From Auanema rhodensis (lineage: Eukaryota; Animalia; Nematoda): 64,000 nucleotides of DNA. Position numbers and translations under genes: made by a program. Of the stretch, positions 38,484-59,669 are shown in pieces. Position 1 is the first letter of the stretch. Each line of letters begins with the position of its first letter. The notes under the pieces are model-generated. The model was given only the letters and a program-made list of their open reading frames with translations. It did not search any database and was not told the DNA's origin. Location: assembly GCA_964057225.1 (NCBI GenBank), contig OZ059899.1:14322001-14386000 (forward strand). The letters are read 5' to 3'.

Positions 38484-41400
38484 CTATAACTTTTGGCTTG
38501 CATCAGATGGGGGGGACACGCTCTTGAACGGAGTTCTCCAATTGCATTGTTCACCAGTTTCATATAATTGCGACAAGACTTTATCCAATATGTCTGTAAT
38601 TTTTTTATAATTGAGGTTAAAAAGTTATAAAGTAACGCATACTATTTGTTTTGAATTCCATCCACTTTTTATACAGACTAAGAGCTACACGAGCATCTTC
38701 TACTGAATCATGTACACTTTCTTGAATGTTTTCTCCTGAAATAACATACTAGTGAAATCATGATAATTTAAAATAAACAGCTTATAAACACATTTTTTGA
38801 AGAATATATTTTGAGAGCGGTTGTGTACAATCAAAATTAATACTACAATATTCATTCTCAGATTTCAAGAATGAAATAACAAGATGAAAATCGCATTTTC
38901 TACGTGAATGATAAACAGCTTACCTAACAGTTGCCAAGCTAAGAACTGTAAGGAAATCATTCGTTTCTGTGGCAAATGGAATAGTTGCACAGTGTCGATC
39001 ATTTGTTCGGGCGGGACCTGAAGTATAGAGAATAGAATGTACAAATATCTACCAAACTAACGTATATGTTAAGAACAGAGAAATCATTATTTAAGCCATG
39101 ACCAACAAAAACTACTCCATTTTCAACCATATGTAAGATTTTTAAATAAACTCTTTTTAAGGTTGTTAAATGTTTAGTAGACTTGCACGGATTTAGATCA
39201 TCTTCTCGAATACCACTGAAATGGTTAAATTGAAGATTATTATTTCAACTAGGACTGAGAACCTGAACGGTGTTAGGTAATCGTTAACAACATCTCCTTC
39301 ACAAGTAACTATATAGTCATCGATCAAAACTTTGGAAGATTTCATGTCAACAACACTTACACGAGCAACTGATTTCTTCCCCTAAATTCTATATTTATTT
39401 ACTTAAAAAATCCGAAATGAACCCTGCTGATATCAATAAACTCCGCGTCTATACCAACAACATCTTGTTTTTGTGGTATATCCCAGGTTTTTCTTTCGCG
39501 AGCTACTTCATCATCGCCAGTAAGGTTAGTATCATTGTGAAAGACGTGAGAAGGTACAGCTTTTTTACCAAAACCCTCTATAATTTACGCGTTAAGACTT
39601 AAAATCACAAAAACAAATATTGAACTCACTTTCTATAGTAGGATCACTTCTTTTCACATATATCATAAGCAAAGGCAATTTCCATCTAGCATTAATGGAT
39701 AGAGCTTCTTCCGTGTGAACTTCAGTAACTAAGGACTCATTCACAATAGCCCAAGGCAAATTGCTAAAACAACAGAAACTTATTTTCAATGGAAACATGA
39801 GTTACTCACTCATTGCCTTCGTTCCTGATGATAGCGACAGTGTGGTTCCAAGGACCACCTTCTTCAGTTCTAATAGCTACCACCATGGCCGATAAATCGT
39901 ATGCAACTAAATCAGAATCACTTTCATTTTTATCAGTGAACATAGCGATGCCATTGGAACTCTGTACGATATTAATTAAAAATATTTTCAACACAAACAA
40001 GAACCTTGTCATATATAGTAGAAGAAATAAATTGTTTCCAGACTCCATCCTTGGCTGAGAGCCAACGCTCACATTCTGTGTCCCAAGCTACATCGAGATG
40101 GGTATATTTACAGAACTGCCTAAAATACTTTTGTGTTGTTTTACTAAGAACAATATCTGCATTAAACGAACTTATTTCTACAGTCTGCTCCATATCGACA
40201 AGGTCTATCATTATTACCGGCCAAATTGCATTCATCATCCGGTTTATTGTATTTAGGCCGCCGCTCAGACATACGAAGCTGAGTAGTCCAGAAATCAGAA
40301 AAATAAGGACTCGAAGCATTAGTGTCAACGATGATAACTGGTGGTAATTTTTTTACTTTACGACTCTCCTCTGCGCTTGTCTAAAAATTATTTAGAGTAT
40401 AATATATAACTTTAGTTAAAACATTTACTTTAACAGTGCAATAGTTGCAATGAACTTCTCCCAGTGTTTTTGCATGGATAGCCTTTTCAATTAAATTACA
40501 CATGGTTAACTGTCCAACAGCTGAAACAAACATGACTATTTGAATAATATTTTAAGAGAACCTTGTGGATACTGAAGAGTTACAAAAATTTTCTCCTCTT
40601 CTTTCGTAGCTATTTCGGAACATCGAATGCATCTTGTCTGTACTGATAGCTCAAATCCGAGAACGGTTCGAAGAACCAATAATTCATCTTGAGTTAATAA
40701 TCCCTGAAATAAACAGCTGATATAAGAAAAAACAAACTATACTCACCGAATTAATAGAATGATGAAGATAAGTGATTACATTATGAGCCGAAGTTAGCGC
40801 ATCGCCGGTTAGTTGTGGACAACTACCACCTGCTACAATCGAGCGTACTAAGTTTTTACTCTGAAGAACAAAATTCAAATGTTGATAAGTGATAAATAAC
40901 AAACCGTTGCACTAGAACACTGTGTTCTTTGGCATAACATCCTAAAGAGGAAACCAAGTTGACATGCAATACAGTGTTCATGGTCACAAATATGGGATAT
41001 TAACAAATTTCGAAAGACAGGAATTCCATGAAGGGACTAAATCATGAAGCTTTGCAAGGATTAAATGTTATCAACTTACTTGGACAACAGAATCTACATA
41101 CACACTACTGGAAGTACTTTTTAAAGGAACTATGTTAGTTTTATTATAAGCCAGCAATGAAGAAGCATCTCCAGGACAAACTCGAGATGGCTTTACTCGT
41201 AGTTTACGATAAAATTGGGGAATGACAACCGGACCTCTATCCTCAGGGGTTTCTGCTATAATATTAAGCAAAGTTAAAACAAATTTAAAAACAACATACG
41301 TCTCTCAGGTTCAAAATCTAAATAGTAAGGTACAATGTTAAAATAGCACAATGGCGTTTTAGCTCGGGGATTCGAAGCATAGCCAACATATTGAATATTT

Positions 41401-43018
41401 TTAATAGTTGAATGAGGTCCGAATGGCTTCAGTTTTCTAAAACAAAAATGAATAATTTTCGTTCGATTGGGAAGCTTATTACCTGTACATAGGGACACAC
41501 AATTCTTCTGGCCAATCTGATAACAGATTTTCATCAGTAGAAAAAGGAAAGGGTACCGAAGCTAACGAAGTCTGAGCATCATCAATAGTGAAAGAATGAG
41601 GTGGGCCAGGCTAGAAGAGAAAGAACTGAAGAAGAACGTGCTAAGTAAAACTTACTGCAGGATCAGCAAACTCAGTGTCGTATGATTCTTCATTAACAAC
41701 AGGAGTTGGTCGATCAGAATATACATGAATATTACCTGAAACAGCAACAGTAAAATCTTTTGAAAGAGCCAATATTTACCAATTACATCTCCAAATGCCA
41801 TAATCTGTTTAGTGCTTGCAATACTGAAAGCGCTGATAGCGTAGCCTTCACATTCAACTATAATAGGGTATCCAGGTTGATTATTTAAATCTGATAACTG
41901 AGCTTGGCCCATCTAAATTATAATTAATATTCATAAATGAGGTGAATGCAAACATACTTGACTAACTAATACAATTCTAGAATCATAAAAAGTAGGCAGA
42001 AAACGTGCAAAAACTGGAGAGAAAGATAAAGCTAAAGGCTTTTGGGGTTGGAAAAATCTCAAATCGTAAACTTTTACAAAACTATCACCAAGCATTTTAT
42101 CCATCCTGAACATTTCATTTAAAGTCATTGTTATACTATCATATAACCTTAAAGAACAACCACATGTTATAAGCTTATTTCCACAAACATCAAAATCGGA
42201 TATTGTTCCACTATGAGCACCATTTAGCATTTGTTGAGTTTCGAGAGAACTCATAGACCTCATGGCAATCTAAGATTATGAATTATTTCGATAAAACGTT
42301 ATAACTAACATTTCCTTCACTATCTGAAGTAAAGAGGAAATGATCATTATTTCTAATTCCTGTTACATTTCTCTCTTTTATTGTGATCTATAATTAATTG
42401 ATAATGACTTTCTTTTTGAAACACTGTACCGATCGAAGCTCTTTTTGTTTTTCAAAATCGAACTGCATTAATACTTGCTGATCACCTCCCATTACAAACA
42501 TAGGTGATTGTGGCATCCGAATAAGTTCCGACAAGTTTATACAATTAGGGGATCTGAAGCCTTCGATTTTTATTAACATCATGCCAAATCAAAACTAACG
42601 TATACATAGCAACATGAGGGCCTTGTCTAGAATTAGCTTTCAATGCTGTAGCAGATAAGGAAAATACTGCATTTTCTGTAACCGAAATATCGCGAATATC
42701 ACTTTCGGCTGCAGCAAATGAGGTATACTTCTCAAAGCCATTTTCAGCATAAAATGAAGTTACTCGGCCCTGAGATTCTAATGTAATCCCGTCTTCAACA
42801 CAGAAAACTTACGTTAATATTCCCGCACCAAAGCAACTCCTCAAAAGGATCAAAAGATAGCGAAGTAATTGGTAAACCTGATAAATTCGACTCAATCCTT
42901 GAGAGGTATCCAAAATTACCAATACCAGGTGTCCACCAAAAAATCAAAATCAACAAAGTTTTACTCAGAAACGAACCTCAACTTCTTCATTTTCTACATC
43001 TTCTATTGTATTCTCCAT
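38484..43018 (-). CDS. panl-2: PAN2 poly(A) nuclease catalytic subunit (WD40 + pseudo-UCH + DEDDh exonuclease)
   Basis: Many short exons. WD40 motifs [30 protein letters not shown] and VKVYDLR; linker LSDWPEE...GYASNP; UCH-like domain lacking the catalytic Cys; exonuclease motifs [19 protein letters not shown] and [14 protein letters not shown]. Confidence 0.93.
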
Positions 43019-45123
<2,105 letters not shown>

Positions 45124-45191
45124 ATATGATCCTGTTGTTTCATGGTTGATTTTAAATGATCGTTTAATAAACGTATTTGGTTATTAAATTT

Positions 45192-45775
45192 TTATTGAAT
45201 ATACAACATATATACACCGAATATAAAAAAAATTGTCGTAGCGATCAAGCCTACTGTAAGCAGATAGTCACATATGTCTCCTTCTAGAAAAAAGGTATGC
45301 CAAGGCAGCTTTGATTTCGCGTGCGATTTGTCAAGATCTAATACTTTCTGTTCATTGTCATTGCATGAATCATGTTCTATTTGGTAATGATGATGGCATA
45401 GCTGGCCGATTGTATGTGGCGGGAAGAAAGACGACAGTTTGTAAGGTTTCGTGACTTTCAAGGACGAATAATGGTTTTCTGGTGTCAAATTCAGTGATGT
45501 TGGAGGACTGTGATTTGAAGACGGGCTTGTGTTAATTGTTGAAGCTAGTGACATTCTGCAAAGTTTGATAGATGCTAGGTCAAAGGTTTTGCAGCGGCGC
45601 TTCGATAAGATTTCGAAATTATTGCTCCTCTTTTAACAATATTTGTTTACCTGGCTAGTTCGTGGTTGAATATATTTTTAGGTGTGTGATAAGGCTCCTC
45701 TTCCAAATAACTAGAATATTCGCGTAATACCTCCAATAATTCCTGTTCGGTTTCATCCACTGAACTCTGCTCCAT
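45192..45775 (-). CDS. Orphan tail-anchored membrane protein, about 162 aa, 2 exons
   Basis: Exon 45775-45651 (MEQSSVDETEQELLEVLREYSSYLEEE...ELAR, donor AG|GTAAAC) joins in phase to exon 45555-45192 (acceptor TTTGCAG). C-terminal hydrophobic segment YLLTVGLIATTIFFIFGVYMLYIQ*. Confidence 0.65.
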
Positions 45776-46766
45776 ATTGTGCAATCTAAACAAGTAATAT
45801 AGTACAAATTCTATGAGTATTAACTGTTCATCATTCAATTTTGTTGACGCAAACACATTTTTTGTACGATAATGCTGAATTGTGTATTTGGAGGGTTCAT
45901 ATCAATTTTGCGGAATTTTATCACATATTTAAAACATGCTGAAGGAGTCAGATGGAGATAAGAATGCGGGGCCAATTATTTGAAGAGAAAAAAATTATTA
46001 ACAGGAATGAAATGTTGAGGGTAAGTATACATTTAAGATTGTCATTTGGAAGGGAAATAATGGACAAGTGGCTGAAATACTAACAGTGCATCATCAGTTT
46101 CTTCGGACATCTGGCTCGATTACAATAGGTGTTTTAGGTACTCTCTATTTGCTGGCTTATGTGAAAGATTATCGTAAATTTATAATGTGTTAATAAAAAA
46201 AATGCAATAAATGACCTTAAGGTTGTATTGAGGAAAATGTGCCAACTCGTATTAGTGTGTATGACTCTAGAAAAGTATAAAAATCCAAAAAAGGATAGAT
46301 ATTTTACTGAATTGAGTGTTTTCTTTTATGACTGTCATCGATTACTTCTTTCTAAAGTTTGTTTAACAAAAATCGGTCAGACTCTGTTTAAGAAAGGGAG
46401 GAAGAAAGAGTTTATTGGCAATACGATAGGCAAGCAGTTACTCGAATAGTTTGCAAAGGTTTGTTTGAGAGTATAGTGATGTGCGAGTAGACTTTTTGTG
46501 AGAAAAAAAATGATGAAAATGAAGAAACAAGGACCATTCAATGACTTCGGGAGATGAGGCAGGGCTAATGATAATGCAAAATAATTGAAAATCCGGATAA
46601 GTGTGACTGTAATGAGAGAAGAGGGCCTCTTATCCGTTTCACGGATTCCCAGTAATAAAGATGGATAAAGAAGACTCTATATGCACTTGAAATGGCTGGA
46701 CAAAGAAGACGATGAAGCATGACATAATAATTTAAGAACGTGATCAGAAAGACGAAGAAGCAACAG

Positions 46767-46955
46767 ATGGAAGAAGATCATCAGGACCACAGACTGTTGA
46801 CAGAAAGAAAGGCCGTCGCCCTCGATGTGCCTCTTCAAGGAGATTATCATAACCGCCTAATTAAAATACAGAGAAGGCTCGTCATCGTCATGCTCTTAGT
46901 TGCAATCTTCTTCATCGTTATATTTATATACATATGTGTATGTGGAGCAAGATAA
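46767..46955 (+). CDS. Possible tail-anchored microprotein (62 aa) or last exon of a longer gene
   Basis: MEEDHQDHRLLTERKAVALDVPLQGDYHNRLIKIQRRLVIVMLLVAIFFIVIFIYICVCGAR*: basic residues followed by a C-terminal TM helix. The frame is open back to a TTTAAG acceptor near 46736. Confidence 0.4.
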   Translation: MEEDHQDHRLLTERKAVALDVPLQGDYHNRLIKIQRRLVIVMLLVAIFFIVIFIYICVCGAR

Positions 46956-49860
46956 AGAAAGAATTTGTGTGTGATATAGAGAGTAAGAGAGAGAGAGAAA
47001 GAGGACGAAAGAATAGAAACATTTGAAGCATAGTTTAGTAGAAAAGAAAAAGATTATCATCAAAGACGAAACAGACATCTGGCTGGCGTTAAACAAAGAA
47101 ATCTTCAATCGCTACATAAGGGTATTCACTGCTCTAAATTACTTCAGAAAATACTAGACAGAATCATCTGTCCGTGTGTAGCCTGTAACTAACAGAGCTC
47201 GTTATCCAGTTTGAAGAGGAAAAAGGCAGCACAAGAAACAAAGCTAGAGATAAAATGTGCCCTCTTCAATAATTTTGCTGAAGTGTCGGACAATATCCTT
47301 ATGAAGGTTAAATATAACAGCTAAATCCAGGGTGAAGGACATTCGAGCAACAAATCTCAATGCGGCCTTAGAGCGTTTATGACATTCGCTCATTATGCCA
47401 GGCCCCCCTAAAGGAATTTAGCTATAATTGCTGTTTAGCACGAACATGCATCTCTTTTCTATATATATCCAAACAACCAAATAACTAACAACAGTTTTTC
47501 GATCTTTGTGTATGTAGTATTATACTTTGATTTTTGTTAATCAGCATTCTTACATCATACACGAAATTTCATATATAATGTATCAATGTTCATTGAGATT
47601 TCAACCAAATCACATATATAACATTGAGATTTCAGTTACATCACATGATGGATATATTAATAATAATAAGAATAAACAAATTAATTTCATGTTCTTGCTA
47701 TATCAGTTGTATGTTGCTCATACGCTTTGTTATCAGCAGACTTGTCTAAATATAATTTTTGTTATCTGTTTGTCGCTGTTCTTTGTTCTAAAGCGCATCG
47801 GCTAACCTTAATAATTATTTCAATTGATGTTCTACCTTTATTATATTTACAAATGATATGATACATATAATTAGCGTTGTTATTGCTACCAATATTATTT
47901 TGAAATGTTTTACTTGAGAGAGCGGTTGCATTTGAACATACAAATTACTTTTTAAGTTAAACACGTTCCGTATCACTTAAGTTTCTATACATTTATAGTA
48001 ATTAATTATTTAAATTTATAATATTTCCTATTAAGGATTGGGTACTTGACATAAAATCAACCTAAAACTATTAGTAACGATTGATAGAGGTAAACTAATT
48101 GTTTCAATATTAATTTGGTTTACAGTTTACTTCTTGGTTTTAAACGTAGCCTAATACAGAGTTCATGATGAAAACGTTATAAATCATTCCCTCGATCACA
48201 TATTGCTGAAATAATTTTCTTTGAATATTTTCATAAGTTAAATATAAAATAAGATGAAAATTCACGATAAACAAAATCAGATCAACATTTATTCGATCAA
48301 GTAGTTGTGCTACTTTCGAAATTGAACATGAATTCGAAAATAGCATTCGTTAATTATTAGTAAAATAGTAAAATAGTAAATACAAAAATATAAAAATTAC
48401 TTGTATTGTATAACTTATTAAAAAAGTTAAAAAATTAATTTATTCAGATTTCAAAGTAACTATAACTAAAAATGAATTTCATTCGAATTGATGAATTTTA
48501 AAAATAAAAATGAAATTAAAAAAATTTGATTATTTTCATTTAACTAATAGTAATTATTAAGAATAAGTCCAAAAAAATTATTTAAAAAATTTGAATACCG
48601 TACTACGAGAGTACTGTAGATGCAATCTGTACATCCAATTAAGACATAACTAACTATAACATAATAATATTTATAATACAAAAATTTATGAAAATTAATA
48701 GTATAGATCATAATATTGATTTAAAAAACTAAATTTTTATAATATATTAACGAAAACAATGAGTAATAAATAGAAACATATTATTTTCACTGATTATCTA
48801 TGACACTATATGTGATATATTTAAGTGAAAATATTGGTAATTCGTTAGAAATATAAAATTTAATTAAACTTAATAGTATTCAGTATTATTGTTTACTTCA
48901 CAACAATTTATTGATCATCATAGAAACCATTAAAACGTTTGACAATTTATAAATTGTGAAATAATGAAAACATTTGTCGACAAAGTGATATAGCATATAA
49001 TCACAATAAAATTTTTTTAAATGGTTTGTCAAATTTTTTGCTTGAACTTTGAAAAAAAAAAGAGAAATGGTTTGAATTAAACATAGGAAATTTTGATCTA
49101 AACTGAGTGGTTTTGATCTGACCTGAACTCTGTTGTTTAGGTAGGTAGGTTGGCAATAAAGCAGAGCTTCCGAAAGTTGAATGGAAAATAGCATAAAGCA
49201 AACAAATATTGAAATTCAAAAGTATACCTATTACCAATTTGGTATAAAACCTTCAGTAGGATCGGAAAAAAGCGTATACCATGTTTAGGTGAATCAAGGT
49301 GAATTAGCCATATTTGTGATTGCCAATCAGATTAATTGTTATAATAGTAGTATCAAGTATCAGTCAATCGAATACAGTTTTATCGATATATATTTAATAA
49401 TATTTCATTGTTTTCATAATAACTATTATATTTATTCATTTATAATTTTTATGTTTTTGAAACCACTTGTTGAATTTAACATATTTACGTGCAAACTTGT
49501 AAAGCGCGAATTTTGTTATTTCAAATAATTTATGATCATTGATTCTTTGGGCTAATTTTTTTATCAATTATTTTTATCTTTTTAGCTTTTAATATAATTT
49601 AATTGTGTGGATTTATCAAAATTCACTGAGATCAATACAGGGTCACGTTTAGATGCCGATAGAACATGCAAGTGTGTGCGACCAAAAGAAATCAATAGCT
49701 GCCTCTTCGGGCCATATGGACGCTTTGGCTGTGTATTTAAGGCAAAAAGCTTTTCTTTGCGTTCAATTTACAATTTTAATTTTTTTAATTTTTAAAAAAT
49801 ACATAATATTTAGTTTTACAATATATTTATAATAATTTTATATTTGTAGATGACGAAATA

Positions 49861-52800
49861 ATGGAAGAAATTCCGGCTGAAGTTGAAGCTACAACTTCTA
49901 ATACTAGTAGTCCTGTAACGGATAGTGGCGAATCTTTAGGAGATGATCAAACTCTGCGATTTAAAAATTTGTTCGATAAGTATAGTCTTCAGCTAAAAGA
50001 ATTAGAAAGGTTAGCTTTATTTTAAATTAATTATTATATAATTATTTTATTTTGTAGATTAGAAGAACAAAATGGTGAATATCGTGAAAAGTTATTAAGA
50101 ACTATTCGTGAAAGAGATTTAAATGATGAACTTTTGAAAAATGTTAGGGAAGAAACTAAGAAAGAAGCTGATGAGTTGAAAAGGAGGGTAAAAGAGTTGG
50201 AAGTCCAGCTAAAGACAGTTCAAGTATGATATTTTATTTTTTAAATTCTTAAATTTAAATATTTCGAATTTAGGATAAAGCCTCAACTCAAGAAACCCAA
50301 TTTAACAACAGCATGAAGGATATATCCAATAAGTACAACACATCTATTGCTCAGGTAACTTGATTTTCAATTTTATTTCCTTCATGTTCTATATTTAGAT
50401 TTCCAAAAAGGCTGACCAAGCTGAGAAAGAAAAGAATGAAGCCGTCATTAAGTATGCGATAAGAGAAGCAGAAATTATGAAAGTTCGAGCGGAAATGCAG
50501 AAGAAAGATCAAGTATTTGTTTTCTATTTTCCAGTTATTTATTCCATATATTAAGGAAGTTCGTGAAATAGCTTCTGAAAAGGAAAAATTGCAAAAATCG
50601 CAAGATCAGGAAAATGTTGAAAATCTTGAAAAAAACGTGAATTCATTACGAGTTGATTTGGAAAAATTGAAAAACGAGAAGTTTGACTTAGAAAATCGCC
50701 TTAAAATGTCTGAGAAACGGGTTGAGGTAATGGAAACCTTGAGTTATTTTTCTTATAATTATTGTAGGCTTCTCAAACTTCTGTTAATGAGCTTAAACAA
50801 CATTGTGAAGTTTTGCGAAAACAGCTGATTAACACGAAAGAAGAAAGGAGCCAGTTGTATAATGAAAATAAAGAACTTCATGCTAAAAGCCAGGTAAGAT
50901 TAGATTGTTAGATGTGATAACATACTTTTCGATTTTAGTTACAAGAAAACCGTTTACAACTTGAATCTCAGTCAGCATCAAAGTCTCATTCAAACTTTGA
51001 ATCAAGGATTCATGAGCTTGATAGTGAAGTATCCCGTTTGAAAACTGAGAATTATTCATTAAATGAACGCATGAATACTATTAGCAAGTTAGATAATGTA
51101 ACCTTTACGTTAATTCTTAAATCCCATATTTCAGAGAGAATTTAGATTTATTAACTAAACTTCAAAATTTGGAAGATAAGTTGGACCTTGAAGAGGAAAA
51201 TCATACTCTTGCTCGTAAAGAAATTCTCCGATTATCATTGTTTGAATCACAAGTGAAAAAGTAAGATCTTTGTTGATGAATTCATATTCTTAACTGAAAT
51301 ATAATTTTAGAAGTGCAGATAGAGCTGAACGATCAGAAAAAGCCCAAAACTCTGCTGAGCAAGAGCGAGATGTTTGTTTTGTTTATCCATATTTGTAATT
51401 TATGAGGCTTTCAGATTGCTGAAAAAGAAGCGGAAGAATGTCGCCAACAAGCCGAGCGAATGCTTCAAATCACTGAACAGCTTAGTCAAAGAAATAGTCA
51501 ATTTGCCAGTGACATGGAAAGAGAAAGAGAAAAGGTAAATATTTTTATCTGATAACTACTTTTTCATATTCTTCATGTGTTTTCTTTTGTAATTCAACTA
51601 TCTTTTAGAACCATGTGTTAGAACAGGAGTTAGTTCAAGTAAAAGGGTCATTATCGAGAGCTGAGAGTCGTATTGTCGATCTTGTAAGCCATCCATATAA
51701 GCCTAATTAAAATTTCTCATTTGTTTTGTTTTAGGAGAAGGATTTACAAGAAGCTCAGGGATCATCTGACAGTGAAAATTCTCGACTGAAGGAAGAGCTG
51801 AAAATAAAAATCCAACAAGTTCAAGAACTCTCACAGAAGTTTTCAGAAGAAAAAAATGATTTTGCAGCATACAAAAGAAAACAAACTGCAAATGTTAAGG
51901 TAGTTTTTCGATGAACGTTCGGTAAAATTGTATGAAAATAATTTCAGGAGTTGAAACAAGAAGTAGCCAGCTTGAGAAAGCAAATAGATGCAGGACAGTC
52001 TGATAGTTTTCTTAGTGCTTCAAATTCGAATAGTAACATACCTAGTATATCATCTAGATCGCGAGCTAGTTCAATCACAAGTTTAGACAGAACAACGGTA
52101 TGTTTAAGTAAAATAATTTTAATTATTTACAATATATTTTAAAGAATTGTTCTCAAGAAGAGCCTCCTTCCAAACCAACAGAAGAAGCAGCTGCTTCAAT
52201 GCAACAAGCTATGGTTGATAAGGTATTTCTTTGTTAAAATCTATTTATCCTTAATTGTCTTTTGTTTTCTTCAGATTGTTCAGCTTCAAAGAAAATTAGC
52301 GCGTAGAACGGAAAAAATAGAATTTTTAGAAGAACATGTAAAGCAATGTTTAGAAGAACTTCAAAAGAAAACAAAGTATATTAGATTAAAAAGTATTCTC
52401 ACCTTAAAAAAATATTTAGAATCATCCAAAACTATGCATTACGTGAAGAAGCTGCCTTACTATTACCTCGGGATGCATCTTTGGAACAGGTAATTAGCTT
52501 TTATGTTTAAGAAATAGTTTCTATGTTTGTTGAATAATGTTTTTAGCTTTTTGAACTTTGTGAAGTTGTACAGGCAAGTTTTGTAACACTAAGTATTGTG
52601 GAATGTTTAATGTTGTTGTCTATATATTAAATTAGTGTGAATGTGTGTGCTTGTGAAAGCTTGTATCCGTATTTTTTTCTGTTATATGAACTGTTGTAAT
52701 AATCTGATTTCAGGTTCCTATGCTTAAGAAAGGATCAAGCTATGCCTTAATGGGATCAATTTTCAATACGGGTGACAAAAAAACACTTCAACTAGCTACA

Positions 52801-52993
52801 GAGGTCAATGCACGTCTACAGGCTGTCCTCGAAGATACTTTGCTCAAGAATATAACTCTAAAAGTAAGTTACAAACTTTATAATGATGCTTATGATTTAA
52901 ATATTTCAGAATTCTGTTGAATCACTGGGAAATGAGGTGTCGAAACTAACACGAGAGAATAGAGTGCTACATATAATGCAAAACAAAGATTAA
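49861..52993 (+). CDS. cccp-1: CCDC186 golgin (RAB-2 effector, dense-core vesicle maturation)
   Basis: About 18 short exons encode a long coiled coil with EKEKNEAVIKYAIREAE, MVDKIVQLQRKLARRTEKIEFLEEHVKQCLEELQKKTKIIQNYALREEA and LQAVLEDTLLKNITLKNSVESLGNEV, the conserved CCDC186 C-terminus. Confidence 0.88.
52547..52573 (+). other. 27-nt in-frame cassette microexon of cccp-1 (LFELCEVVQ) with GC donor
   Basis: Acceptor TTTTTAG, 27 nt, donor CAG|GCAAGT. Sits in the unusually long (224 nt) phase-0 intron 52490-52713. Confidence 0.65.
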
Positions 52994-53268
52994 CAAATCA
53001 CACATATATATGCATACATACACTCATACAGACATATATATATATATAGAAATATATAACATTTTATTATATTTATGCTAATTTATAACGTTAACTATTC
53101 TATTGTTTTCTAGTCAAAACATAATCCCTTTTTACTGGTTTTGTCAAAGCTTGCAAACAAAATCTCTTGATTTCTGTGATATATATCACTCATTTCCTTA
53201 CAAAGGTCTAATATTTATAAATCTTTATTAGATATATAATTGTAGAAATCTTGGAAAATCTCTGAAAC

Positions 53269-59669
<6,401 letters not shown>

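Noticed and set aside
47500-49800. Very AT-rich block as a possible transposon or chemoreceptor gene
   Set aside because: I found no terminal repeats, transposase motifs or coherent exon chain.
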